From NCBI GenBank assembly GCA_029780855.1, contig JAKOXV010000018.1, forward strand, positions 54,104 to 118,103: a stretch of DNA of 64,000 nucleotides. The letters are read 5' to 3'. Shown here one piece after another: positions 1-8,044 of the stretch. The notes under the pieces were generated by a model. That model did not search any database. It was given only the letters and a program-made list of their open reading frames with translations, and was not told the DNA's origin. Made by a program: the position numbers and the translations under genes. This DNA comes from a bacterium. Its GTDB lineage: Bacteria > Patescibacteriota > Saccharimonadia > Saccharimonadales > JAUPVS01. Numbering within the stretch: position 1 is the first letter of the stretch; each line of letters opens with the position of its first letter.

Positions 1-466
1 CTATGAGCGAAACCCTAATATCATAGTTCTTTACGTGACCGAGTTCGTGCGCAATTACTCCTTCTAGCTCAGTGTCGCTCAACATTTCTAGTAAACCACT
101 TGTCACCGCAACTATAGAGTGGTTTGGATCCCGTCCAGTAGCAAAGGCGTTGGGAGATGGATCGTCAATTATGTATACCTTGGGCATAGGTAACCCATCG
201 GTAATCGCCAGGTTTTCAACGATTCGCCATAACCGTACGTTATCGCGTTTTTGGATTTCGTGCGCACCATTCAGTGCGAGAGCCATCTTGCTAGAAATAA
301 AATACGTTATCAGTACATACACTAAACTACCTGCAATAACGAATGGCGTTATGCTTGGTTGACCGGTGTACTCGGCAAAAATCCAGCCCATACAACCAAC
401 AAACAGCAGAAAGAAAAATATCAAGAAAACCGTTTTTCTTTTGTTGGCCGCTATCTGACTATACAC
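1..466 (-). CDS. htpX: HtpX-type M48 zinc metalloprotease, N-terminal about 155 codons (gene continues past the left window edge)
   Basis: Own minus-strand translation from GTG 466-464 (AGGAAAG just upstream) gives VYSQIAANKRKTVFLIFFFLLFVGCMGW...DPSPNAFATGRDPNHSIVAVTSGLLEMLSDTELEGVIAHELGHVKNYDIR. It has two N-terminal TM helices and a HEXXH motif (HELGH). It is absent from the ORF track because it is truncated by the edge. Confidence 0.85.
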   Translation of the reverse strand, partial: MYSQIAANKRKTVFLIFFFLLFVGCMGWIFAEYTGQPSITPFVIAGSLVYVLITYFISSKMALALNGAHEIQKRDNVRLWRIVENLAITDGLPMPKVYIIDDPSPNAFATGRDPNHSIVAVTSGLLEMLSDTELEGVIAHELGHVKNYDIRVSLI

Positions 467-504
467 GTGACTTTCCTTACCTGTTTATCTTAGGAACTAC
501 TTGC

Positions 505-1065
505 CTAAAACTTAACGTCGACTGGATTTTGAATATTGGCAGCTTCGCCTTCATCAACTTCAAAGAAGTCACGCTTTTTAAAACCAAGCATATTAGCAAA
601 TAAATTGGTAGGAAATGTCTGGATTTTGATGTTCAGGTCACGCACAGAACCATTATAAAAGCGGCGTGATGCCTGGATTTTATCTTCCGTATCAACTAAC
701 TCTGCTTGCAGTTCTTTAAAGTTCTCATTCGCCTTAAGGTCTGGGTACGCTTCTGCAACAGCAAAGAGGCTCTTTAGTGTTTGCTGGAACTGGTTCTCTG
801 CTTTGGCAGTTTCAGCAACTCCCTGTGCGCCCATAGCCTGAGTACGAGCTTCTGTGACCTTTTCAAACACTTCTTTTTCATGGGTTGCATAACCCTTTAC
901 CGTGTTCACAAGATTTGGAATCAGGTCATATCGGCGCTTTAGCTGCACCGTAATATCGCTCCACGCTTCACTAGTACGTGTATTTAGTCGAACGAGGCTG
1001 TTATACATAAAGATCAGCCCCAGGACGATCAATCCTACTACTACAAGAATTATAATAAGTGTCAT
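505..1065 (-). CDS. lemA: LemA family membrane protein
   Basis: 186 aa with an N-terminal TM helix, then YNSLVRLNTRTSEAWSDITVQLKRRYDLIPNLV...RRFYNGSVRDLN, typical of LemA. It lies directly upstream of htpX, a common pairing. Confidence 0.9.
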   Translation of the reverse strand: MTLIIILVVVGLIVLGLIFMYNSLVRLNTRTSEAWSDITVQLKRRYDLIPNLVNTVKGYATHEKEVFEKVTEARTQAMGAQGVAETAKAENQFQQTLKSLFAVAEAYPDLKANENFKELQAELVDTEDKIQASRRFYNGSVRDLNIKIQTFPTNLFANMLGFKKRDFFEVDEGEAANIQNPVDVKF

Positions 1066-1162
1066 GTCTTCCCTGCTCCCACGTTATTTATACGTATATT
1101 GTAGCACTTCCCACCATAGTAATCACTAGGTATCAGCACCTTTCTAAGCCTGTTCTCAACAA

Positions 1163-1186
1163 AGAAAAAACCCAGGCAACCTGGGC
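1163..1186 (-). terminator. Intrinsic terminator following tRNA-Leu(GAG)
   Basis: Hairpin CCCAGG-CAA-CCTGGG (1171-1185), with an A-run on the plus strand that reads as a T-run on the minus strand. Confidence 0.6.
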
Positions 1187-1194
1187 TGTTTCTT

Positions 1195-1281
1195 TGGTGC
1201 GCGAGAGAGGACTTGAACCTCCACGTCCTTGCGAACACCACGACCTCAACGTGGCCTGTCTACCAATTCCAGCACTCGCGC
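1195..1281 (-). tRNA. tRNA-Leu (anticodon GAG), CCA encoded
   Basis: The reverse complement folds as a class II tRNA. Acceptor is GCGCGAG/CTCGCGC. Anticodon arm is CCACG-TTGAGGT-CGTGG. It has a long variable arm and the T-loop GGTTCAAGTCC. Confidence 0.9.
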
Positions 1282-1378
1282 ATAAATTAGACCAACCAAA
1301 TATACTACATTTTACCCACAATTTAAAGTGTTAGGCACTTGCTTTTTTAGACATAAACAGGTATTATTTTGCGGTCTT

Positions 1379-1398
1379 GGGTGATTAGCTCAGCTGGC
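1379..1398 (+). repeat. Exact 20-nt copy of the 5' end of tRNA-Val (stub)
   Basis: GGGTGATTAGCTCAGCTGGC is identical to 1500-1519. The sequence diverges afterwards. Confidence 0.9.
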
Positions 1399-1499
1399 GC
1401 AGCTTGCTGCAAGAATAGAAAACCGCACACGGTGCTCTAGCCAAAAGTAAACTGAACTAGCACTACATAACCGGTACCCGTACATTACAAGACCAATTT

Positions 1500-1576
1500 G
1501 GGTGATTAGCTCAGCTGGCTAGAGCACCTCGTTTACACCGAGGGGGTCGGGGGTTCGAGTCCCTCATCACCCACCA
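1500..1576 (+). tRNA. tRNA-Val (anticodon TAC), CCA encoded
   Basis: 77 nt. Acceptor is GGGTGAT/ATCACCC. Anticodon arm is CCTCG-TTTACAC-CGAGG. T-loop is GGTTCGAGTCC. Confidence 0.95.
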
Positions 1577-1582
1577 CGCAAA

Positions 1583-1608
1583 GGGACCCCGAATATGGGG
1601 TCTTTTTG
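1583..1608 (+). terminator. Intrinsic terminator after tRNA-Val
   Basis: GGACCCC-GAATAT-GGGGTC followed by TTTTT. An outer stem extends back to the CCA end (CCACGCAAA / TTTGTGTGG). Confidence 0.75.
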
Positions 1609-1734
1609 TGTGGCTTTGTGCTCAAGTGGACTCGAACGGGATTGCCAGTGACAATCCCCGAACCCTGCTCGTCATATGCCAGTGGCATATGAAAGAGTTG
1701 TCTTGGCAAAACTAATTTTGTTTTGCCGGCAAGG

Positions 1735-1755
1735 CGAGTCCCTCATCACCCACCA
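1735..1755 (+). repeat. Exact 21-nt copy of the 3' end of tRNA-Val (stub)
   Basis: CGAGTCCCTCATCACCCACCA is identical to 1556-1576. Confidence 0.9.
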
Positions 1756-1763
1756 TACAAAGG

Positions 1764-1788
1764 CACTCACGTTATGTGAGTGTTTTTT
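1764..1788 (+). terminator. Second intrinsic terminator, after the tRNA-Val 3' stub
   Basis: CACTCAC-GTTAT-GTGAGTG followed by TTTTTT. Confidence 0.7.
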
Positions 1789-1867
1789 CGTGCAGAATAG
1801 AGGGCCAAAAGTTTATCTGTAAGAATCCTCACAGCGTCAAAAAGCTTCGGATAGTACCATTCACACT

Positions 1868-2227
1868 ATGCCAGGTGAACAATATTTGAAGGTAGCAGCA
1901 GCAAACATTAGACGTGCCGCTCTTGAAATAGAGCGACACATAGCTAGCCTTCGTACGGAAATAAATCGCAAACGCAGTGAAATGGATCAGCAGATCAGAG
2001 ATCTGGAAACCGAAAAGAATCAGGAAAATAGCGAATCCGGCAAGGGTGACATAGATAATAACGAACGTATGGACCATATCAAAAAAGCCCAAGCATTACG
2101 GGACGAAATCCAAAGGAAACATCAAGAATTCAATAAAATCCACGCCGAACTGGACCAGCAGATAAGAGAGCAAGAGAGTCGCGCAAAGGAACTGCAGTCT
2201 CAAGCATCTGGCTTTGAAAGCACCTAA
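1868..2227 (+). CDS. Hypothetical coiled-coil protein (119 aa)
   Basis: Charged, heptad-like sequence rich in E/K/R/Q. No recognisable motif. The opposite-strand ORF 1829-2092 looks like a shadow. Confidence 0.5.
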   Translation: MPGEQYLKVAAANIRRAALEIERHIASLRTEINRKRSEMDQQIRDLETEKNQENSESGKGDIDNNERMDHIKKAQALRDEIQRKHQEFNKIHAELDQQIREQESRAKELQSQASGFEST

Positions 2228-2266
2228 TCCAATCCCTCGCCTTAACCGTATGCATGGAGACTTGTG

Positions 2267-2599
2267 CTATTTGTGTTTTTTTCGAATGCGTCGCACAAAG
2301 AGACTGCCCACCACTATCGCACCTACGGACACAGCCGCAGCAGCTTCGCCCTTTCGGTGACGTATCACAAACTCTTTTGCTTCAGTAATCCTTGATCTTG
2401 GCACCTCAACCGGTTGTGTGATGCGTTCGCCTGTCTCTGGATTAATACTTAGCAGATTGTGCGCTACGTATTCAGGGTCTTCACTCTCACCAGCTGGATA
2501 AGACTGATGTCTCCAACCATCCTCCGTAACAAACAATAGTGCTTCGTCGTCATCAGGAGTTACGTATGATCTTTTTTCTGGTTCTTCACGCCTAATCAT
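2267..2599 (-). CDS. Hypothetical protein with C-terminal TM anchor (110 aa)
   Basis: Acidic N-terminal part, then a hydrophobic AAAAVSVGAIVVGSLFV segment followed by RRIRKKHK. Confidence 0.5.
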   Translation of the reverse strand: MIRREEPEKRSYVTPDDDEALLFVTEDGWRHQSYPAGESEDPEYVAHNLLSINPETGERITQPVEVPRSRITEAKEFVIRHRKGEAAAAVSVGAIVVGSLFVRRIRKKHK

Positions 2600-2673
2600 C
2601 GGAGCTTAAATATAGCACGCTTTCTTACCTATGAAAATCACACCCAATTGTGCCATAGCTATAACCGTTGCAG

Positions 2674-3030
2674 TTACTTGCGAAGTATCTTATCTATCGC
2701 CTTTCCTTTTGCTAGCTCGTCAACTAATTTATCCAGGTAACGGATCTCTTGCACGATCGGATCTTCTATCTCTTCTACTCGTACTCCGCACACAACGCCC
2801 GTTATTAGCCTTCGTGATGGGTTCATATAGGGGGCTTTTGTAAAGAATGTTTTAAAATCAGTCTCTTTCTTCACTTCTTGCTGGATTTGTTCATTGGTAT
2901 AACCCGTAAGCCAAGTAATAATTGCATCGACCTCTGCTTTAGTGCGTTGTTTTCTCTCTGCTTTAGCAATATATAGCGGGTAAACGCTCCCAAAACTCAT
3001 CGTGTATAGTCGGGTTGTTTGCTTGTCCAT
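2674..3030 (-). CDS. DUF2200 family protein
   Basis: [34 protein letters not shown] matches the characteristic N-terminal block of DUF2200 as I recall it. Confidence 0.7.
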   Translation of the reverse strand: MDKQTTRLYTMSFGSVYPLYIAKAERKQRTKAEVDAIITWLTGYTNEQIQQEVKKETDFKTFFTKAPYMNPSRRLITGVVCGVRVEEIEDPIVQEIRYLDKLVDELAKGKAIDKILRK

Positions 3031-3117
3031 AAATAAGTATTATACGCTGGAAAAAATATCCTCAGGATAAAAAACAGCACCGCCAAAAGAGACGGTGCTG
3101 TTTGGTAGCAAGAGCGC

Positions 3118-3306
3118 TTAACTCCAGCCAAATGCCTGGCTCAAAATCCATACGCTCAACGCAATGGAAATAAAGAACAGGCCTAAGCCAACGGGGCTTC
3201 CCCAGCTAAACCATGAACCCCAGGAACGCCAATGTTTCAGGCTGTTCTCATAGCTCCAGCCGGTTTCGGCCTCGGTGTCTTTCAGGTTTTTACTGTGCTT
3301 TTGCAT
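3118..3306 (-). CDS. Small Trp-rich membrane protein (62 aa)
   Basis: Single C-terminal TM (GLGLFFISIALSVWILSQAF). The WSW-rich segment has no known motif. Confidence 0.4.
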   Translation of the reverse strand: MQKHSKNLKDTEAETGWSYENSLKHWRSWGSWFSWGSPVGLGLFFISIALSVWILSQAFGWS

Positions 3307-3509
3307 AGCTTTACCTTTTGTTAATTAATGAGAGTCTGTCAGTGCAGGGTTCGACGATGTCCCATGCAGTGCATACTTACCCATTCCTTCATGATCCAAT
3401 GTGTCTTCCCATGTTGTTCGCCGAATGAGCAGCGCATGGTTGGTTGCGACGACCACGTTAACGATATTTAACCATAAATCTACTGCCCAACAAATAAGTT
3501 TCTCGGTTG

Positions 3510-4067
3510 CTAATCCATTAGCTTTAGCAGCTTAGTTACCGTATTCCATGTACGTATGGTCATGGATTTATACTGTCGGGTTCCCATAATCTTGTTGAGT
3601 CTGTTCTTGGTCCTTTCGGCACTCAAGCGCTGTGAATACACAACCCCTTCGCCTGGCCACACCGCATCAACACCCGACCGTGGATTAAATACAGGAAGCA
3701 CCTCCCCAATGTCCATATCCATCAGGAAAATCACATCACTATGGTAGATCTCTGGCTGCTCTCCAAATCCTTGCGGTTTGGCATCTACAACCTTTTTAAG
3801 CTGCTCACGTGTTAATACCAGGATTTTGATCAACTCGCTATCAAGTGCGAAACACTTTGGAAGAGTCGCTTCAATCTGATCTTTAACCTCCCGGGGACTT
3901 TTAGCGGATTCTAGAATTACATTGCCACTAGCTATGTAGGTCAGCACATGCAAAAAACCGGCTTCTTCAAGGCATTTTTTTAGCTCCGACATGGGAAGTT
4001 TATTCTTGCCGCCTACGTTTATTCCGCGCAGCAACACCACGTACTTAGTCAAAGTGTCTTTTTGCAT
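3510..4067 (-). CDS. DUF1697 family protein
   Basis: The N-terminus YVVLLRGINVGGKNKLPMSELKKCLEEAGF is the DUF1697 signature. Confidence 0.8.
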   Translation of the reverse strand: MQKDTLTKYVVLLRGINVGGKNKLPMSELKKCLEEAGFLHVLTYIASGNVILESAKSPREVKDQIEATLPKCFALDSELIKILVLTREQLKKVVDAKPQGFGEQPEIYHSDVIFLMDMDIGEVLPVFNPRSGVDAVWPGEGVVYSQRLSAERTKNRLNKIMGTRQYKSMTIRTWNTVTKLLKLMD

Positions 4068-4099
4068 CTTCCTATTGTAGCAACTAGCTCTACACCTAC

Positions 4100-4609
4100 T
4101 TACAGGTGGTTTACTATTTCTTCAAGCTTATCAAGTGTTTGGTCAAAACCTTGTTCCATACCCATTTCGAGCACTGTTCTTAGAGCTTCTTCACTATCGT
4201 AGTAAGTTACTGCATGGAGTAGTGTCGAATCGCCCTTAACAATTAAATCAATGTTGTTTTTTGAGGCCGGCAAGTCCGTATTTATGTTACCTTGGTCATC
4301 GGTAAAGTAATCGGTGTAGCTCAGCGAGGTTGTAGGATTTATTTTGGTAAATACCATTTTCCCAGCACTCGTTTGACCGTACCACTCCCCCTGTGATTTA
4401 TCTACACATTTCATGACGTAGATGTTTTCGCCATTTTCGGTGAAATCAAACTTTTTTGATGTTACCTCCCAACCTTGCGGAGCAAACCACTGCTCAAATA
4501 CTTCCTTATCGCTATATGCCCGCCAGAGCTTTTCTTGGGGAGCGTTAAAGCTGCGCTCCATGGTTAATGTCTTTTTATCATCGCTCACTGTAAATGTTGT
4601 TTTACCCAT
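4100..4609 (-). CDS. SRPBCC/AHSA1 (Aha1-like) domain protein
   Basis: TLTMERSFNAPQEKLWRAYSDKEVFEQWFAPQGWEV is typical of the AHSA1/SRPBCC fold. I chose the start at the ATG (MGKTTF) that abuts the ArsR stop codon. Confidence 0.7.
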   Translation of the reverse strand: MGKTTFTVSDDKKTLTMERSFNAPQEKLWRAYSDKEVFEQWFAPQGWEVTSKKFDFTENGENIYVMKCVDKSQGEWYGQTSAGKMVFTKINPTTSLSYTDYFTDDQGNINTDLPASKNNIDLIVKGDSTLLHAVTYYDSEEALRTVLEMGMEQGFDQTLDKLEEIVNHL

Positions 4610-4611
4610 AC

Positions 4612-4935
4612 TTAATCCTCCTTCAAAATTGCTTCTAATGTATCGAACCGCCCTGACCACATAGCTGCATACTGCTCAATGTGTTTTTGGGCAACCTTAA
4701 TAGTGCTCGGCACAATAACTACAATCTGCTCCTTTCCTCGCCGACGCTTAGTTATCAGGTTGGCTTTCTCCAGTACTTTTATGTGTTTAGAGATGGCTGC
4801 AAACGTCAATTTATAGTGCATGGCAATTTCGCCAATACTCATTTCTACTTCCGCAACCTGCGCCAAAATACTGCGCCGTGTTGCATCGGAAAGAGCCGTA
4901 AATAGTAAATCTAGTTGTACATTTGATTCAACCAT
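4612..4935 (-). CDS. ArsR/SmtB family transcriptional regulator
   Basis: Winged HTH LFTALSDATRRSILAQVAEVEMSIGEIAMHYKLTFAAISKHIKVLEKANLI. ArsR plus an AHSA1-domain gene is a frequent pair. Confidence 0.85.
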   Translation of the reverse strand: MVESNVQLDLLFTALSDATRRSILAQVAEVEMSIGEIAMHYKLTFAAISKHIKVLEKANLITKRRRGKEQIVVIVPSTIKVAQKHIEQYAAMWSGRFDTLEAILKED

Positions 4936-5010
4936 GTAGTTGAATGATAGTCTTGATCTACTTCCTTGTCAACAACAATTTCACTTAATAGCCAGAACTG
5001 TTTGACCATA

Positions 5011-5037
5011 TAAAAAGCCCTAGCTTTTGCTAAGGCA
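5011..5037 (-). terminator. Intrinsic terminator after the tRNA-Phe 3' stub
   Basis: Plus strand reads AAAAA-GCCCTAGC-TTTT-GCTAAGGC. On the minus strand this is a hairpin followed by a T-run. Confidence 0.6.
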
Positions 5038-5044
5038 TTTTATT

Positions 5045-5063
5045 TGGTGGCTCCTCCCCAGAC
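5045..5063 (-). repeat. Copy of the 3' end of tRNA-Phe (stub, one extra C)
   Basis: TGGTGGCTCCTCCCCAGAC compared with 5181-5198 TGGTGGCTCCTCCCAGAC. Confidence 0.85.
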
Positions 5064-5145
5064 CTCAGCCTCCGGCTTCGCGCAACTCAGTTGGCGTCGA
5101 ACTGCTTTTGCTTTGCAAAAGCTCCAGTTCGTTCGGGAGAGCTTC

Positions 5146-5172
5146 ACGAAAAAACCCCACACAAGGTGGGGT
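5146..5172 (-). terminator. Intrinsic terminator after tRNA-Phe
   Basis: Plus strand reads AAAAAA-CCCCAC-ACAA-GGTGGGG. The minus strand shows a hairpin plus T-run immediately 3' of the CCA. Confidence 0.75.
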
Positions 5173-5180
5173 ATCTTTCG

Positions 5181-5256
5181 TGGTGGCTCCTCCCAGACTC
5201 GAACTGGGGACACAAGGCTCTTCAGGCCTCTGCTCTACCAACTGAGCTAAAGAGCC
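5181..5256 (-). tRNA. tRNA-Phe (anticodon GAA), CCA encoded
   Basis: Reverse complement is GGCTCTTTAGCTCAGTTGGTAGAGCAGAGGCCTGAAGAGCCTTGTGTCCCCAGTTCGAGTCTGGGAGGAGCCACCA, with anticodon loop CTGAAGA. Confidence 0.95.
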
Positions 5257-5374
5257 AAATTGGACTACTAATCATGCTTTTAATTTATGTGGCCGGCCTT
5301 CATCGCGCTCTAACGCTCGGCGGTTTGTAATTATACCGCCTTCGCTACTGACATCAAATTTAACAATTTGCTGT

Positions 5375-5412
5375 CATCAGGCCTCTGCGTTTGCGAACTG
5401 AGCTAAAGAGCC
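5375..5412 (-). pseudogene. Degenerate copy of the 5' half of tRNA-Phe (acceptor to anticodon loop)
   Basis: In sense orientation: GGCTCTTTAGCTCAGTTcgcaaacGCAGAGGCCTGAtGA versus the intact gene GGCTCTTTAGCTCAGTTggtagaGCAGAGGCCTGAaGA. Similarity stops in the anticodon loop. Confidence 0.8.
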
Positions 5413-5484
5413 ACAATAACTACCGTATTTTAAGGGAATATCCTCTATTCTACAAGGGGTAGGCTATCGTATACTGAAAGCTAC

Positions 5485-6321
5485 ATGAAAATAACAAAAA
5501 CTACCCGTGACCAATTAGTAGCCCTTCCGCTCACGGCCGTGGTCTGCGTGGCCCTTATTTTGCTGCTGTGGCTGGAGATAATTTTAATCAACCGCTTCAC
5601 CAGCGAAGCTATAAAAGTACACATTCGCCTCAGCGATGTACTAGTTGGGTTAACCATTTACCTCAAAACGTCCATAGACTTTGCTATGTTCATTGGCCGC
5701 TTAATGGATAAGAATCCCGGGCTCAAAGGACGTATAGGAATAGAGATTGGTACCGCGCTCGGAAACGCTGCTGGTACGTTTGGCATTCTGCTGGTCTGGG
5801 CGTTCTTTAAAGAAGTTAGCTGGCTCCTGGCTATTATGATCTTTATTGCTGCATTGGTGTTAATCCGGCTAGCTCAGGATGGTCTTGAGCACGTAGACAT
5901 ACAAAACAGCCGCTATCCAAAAGCCTTTCGAGCTTTTGTGCGCGGCTTTGACACCACACTAAAAGTAGTAAACAAATATCTTGACCCTCTGCTGTCCAAA
6001 ATCCTTCCGGGCCGCAGCTTATCGGTAGAAACCAAAACAAGCTTGTGGGCACTTTTGGCTATGTCCTTTACCGTACCATTTATTTTAGGTCTGGATGATT
6101 TTGCTGGGTACGTTCCGCTATTCAACATAGTAAATGTGTTTGGGTTCGCGACCGGCGTATTTGTGGGTCACATGCTACTGAATATATTTTTGTACCTATC
6201 ACCTAAACGCACCATTAAGGCAGTTAAAAACCCGATCATCGCAGTACTTGGTAGTATCGCATTTATCATTTTGGCCGGCTGGGGACTATTCGAAGCCTAC
6301 AAACTCCTCTTTATTCATTAA
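5485..6321 (+). CDS. Polytopic integral membrane protein, family not recognised (278 aa)
   Basis: Seven to eight hydrophobic helices, for example LPLTAVVCVALILLLWLEIILI and WLLAIMIFIAALVLI. No diagnostic motif identified. Confidence 0.6.
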   Translation: MKITKTTRDQLVALPLTAVVCVALILLLWLEIILINRFTSEAIKVHIRLSDVLVGLTIYLKTSIDFAMFIGRLMDKNPGLKGRIGIEIGTALGNAAGTFGILLVWAFFKEVSWLLAIMIFIAALVLIRLAQDGLEHVDIQNSRYPKAFRAFVRGFDTTLKVVNKYLDPLLSKILPGRSLSVETKTSLWALLAMSFTVPFILGLDDFAGYVPLFNIVNVFGFATGVFVGHMLLNIFLYLSPKRTIKAVKNPIIAVLGSIAFIILAGWGLFEAYKLLFIH

Positions 6322-6323
6322 TG

Positions 6324-8021
6324 CTAACCCTTGCCCCAAACGCTATTTAACGCTATAATCTCCCCTGTTCTAACCCAAAAAGGGAAAAGAGCAGCCCAAG
6401 CAAAAAACGCATTTTTTGCCCGGCGCGATGAGAAAAACCGTAGGTTTGTCTCATTACTATGCGAGACTAGCTCAGTTGATAGAGCGCTTCCTTGCCAAGG
6501 AAGAGGCCACGGGTTTGAGTCCCGTGTCTCGCACCAAATGTTTGAATTATGAGCCGCAAGGCTCTTTTTCTTTGTCTCAACGACTGTTCTAAAGGGGTCG
6601 TTGAGTATATAAGACAACTTCTTATCCTTTAGTTCAATGTTTGAAAGTACGTATTCTAGCAACTTCTGTCTAAGCCCCTCATCGCTCTCATTGAACAGCT
6701 GTTCAGCCCGTTGAGCCAAGTCTAACAGATAGGATGCAGTAACTTGAAAGTCTTTATTGTCGCTTGTTAGCAACTTTAGGCGGTCATTTAGCTCCTGCTG
6801 TTTCTTTTCTAGCTCAGTTGCAATTTCATCGTGGAATGTCTGTGTAATACGACCCTCAAGCAAGTCATAGTAAACCTTTCGCATTTTTTCCTTGAGTTTG
6901 TCGTACTCAGCACGGGTCTGCTCAATGTTTTGCGTGAAGTATAGCTGCTGGTCGTTATGACGGTTACGCAGCTCGGTAATGACTTTATCTAACCACTTCT
7001 CAGGCACGTCTATAAATCCTATATCTTCCGTAACCTTATCAATTACGAGGCTAACGGCTGTATTCGGATTATCGCACTTTGAGTTGGCACACCGCAAATA
7101 CACGGTGTTACGAGCCTTGAACGGCGATACTGCACGTCCGCATTTACCGCACTTCACTATCTTTTTCAGGGTAAAGTCTTTGCTGTCGTACTTAGTCATC
7201 TCGTGCTTACGCTCATCACGGACACGCTGTACCTGATTGTATAAGCCACGACTGATTAGCGGCGGGTACTTGTGCGGGTAGCGTCTGCCAGCGTGAACCA
7301 TAAAGCCGCAGTAAAACTCGTTGCTTAGTATTCGCTCAAGAAATTGTTTGCTTGGTGCTTTACTACCAGCAATGTTGCTACGAAAGCCCATCTCACGCAG
7401 TTCCTTAGCGATAACGGCGTATGAAATGCCTCTTGCTCGCATCTCGTAGGCTTTTACAATGTAGTGAGCCTTAGTGTCATCAACCTCAATGTCTTTGATA
7501 GGTTTCTGTGGCGTACCGCCTTTCAGGACGTTTTTGTAGCCAACAGGTGCTCTATGTACCCATATACCCTCACTGAGCATTTGTTCAAAGCGGCGTTTGA
7601 CGTTATCACGGATACTGTCTGAGTAGTATTTAGCCAGTGCCATACCAATACCAAGCCTGAACCAATCAGCTGCTGACGAGTTTTGGTCAATGTACAAACT
7701 GTCGTGTGGGAAGTGCAGCTCAATTTTTCCGAGCTTTACCAGCTGCTGCAATGCTTTTACTTCTTCTTGGCTACTATCACGGGTAAAGCGGTCTATCTTA
7801 TCAAAGACCACGTAACACAAGCCAGTTTGTTTGTGGATGTGTTCAACTAACTTTCCGAACTTCTGCCGCTCGTCTTTATGAGCACTTTCGTCAAACTCGT
7901 GATACTCGTATGGTAGTTTCTTCTGTTCGGCATATCTTTCAAGCCGTAACTTCTGAGCTGGCAACGCTTTTCGTTGCTCTATATCTGATACTCGTGCGAT
8001 TAGGATTATCTTTGCGTCCAT
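6324..8021 (-). CDS. Large serine recombinase (integrase)
   Basis: N-terminal resolvase domain with catalytic Ser context IILIARVSDIEQR. It also has a recombinase domain, a zinc ribbon CGKCGRAV...LRCANSKCDNPN, and a C-terminal coiled coil. The ORF has no stop until 6324, so the last roughly 70 codons run antisense through the tRNA-Gly gene. Confidence 0.85.
   Translation of the reverse strand: MDAKIILIARVSDIEQRKALPAQKLRLERYAEQKKLPYEYHEFDESAHKDERQKFGKLVEHIHKQTGLCYVVFDKIDRFTRDSSQEEVKALQQLVKLGKIELHFPHDSLYIDQNSSAADWFRLGIGMALAKYYSDSIRDNVKRRFEQMLSEGIWVHRAPVGYKNVLKGGTPQKPIKDIEVDDTKAHYIVKAYEMRARGISYAVIAKELREMGFRSNIAGSKAPSKQFLERILSNEFYCGFMVHAGRRYPHKYPPLISRGLYNQVQRVRDERKHEMTKYDSKDFTLKKIVKCGKCGRAVSPFKARNTVYLRCANSKCDNPNTAVSLVIDKVTEDIGFIDVPEKWLDKVITELRNRHNDQQLYFTQNIEQTRAEYDKLKEKMRKVYYDLLEGRITQTFHDEIATELEKKQQELNDRLKLLTSDNKDFQVTASYLLDLAQRAEQLFNESDEGLRQKLLEYVLSNIELKDKKLSYILNDPFRTVVETKKKSLAAHNSNIWCETRDSNPWPLPWQGSALSTELVSHSNETNLRFFSSRRAKNAFFAWAALFPFWVRTGEIIALNSVWGKG
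6461..6536 (+). tRNA. tRNA-Gly (anticodon GCC), CCA encoded; integration target (attL side)
   Basis: Acceptor GCGAGAC/GTCTCGC. Anticodon arm CTTCC-TTGCCAA-GGAAG. T-loop GGTTTGAGTCC. Confidence 0.95.
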
Positions 8022-8044
8022 AATGTTTACTCCTTACTAACTTA

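Noticed and set aside
1829-2092. 87-aa minus-strand ORF overlapping the 119-aa coiled-coil ORF
   Set aside because: The two are mutually exclusive. The plus-strand ORF is longer and has a more protein-like composition. Neither is strongly supported.
3307-3509. Possible 32-aa Cys/His-rich minus-strand micro-ORF (MRCSFGEQHGKTHWIMKEWVSMHCMGHRRTLH) in the gap between 3118-3306 and 3510-4067
   Set aside because: It is too short, has no obvious RBS, and cannot be assessed for conservation here. Noted only as a possibility.
5027-5330. Three overlapping plus-strand ORFs (72, 68 and 79 aa) across the tRNA-Phe region; likewise 1059-1334 and 1133-1321 across tRNA-Leu(GAG), 22006-22203 across tRNA-Cys/Leu, and 24292-24561 across the tRNA-Leu(CAG) pseudo-copy
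   Set aside because: They read through tRNA genes, terminator hairpins and tRNA stubs. The RNA features explain the sequence better than coding does.
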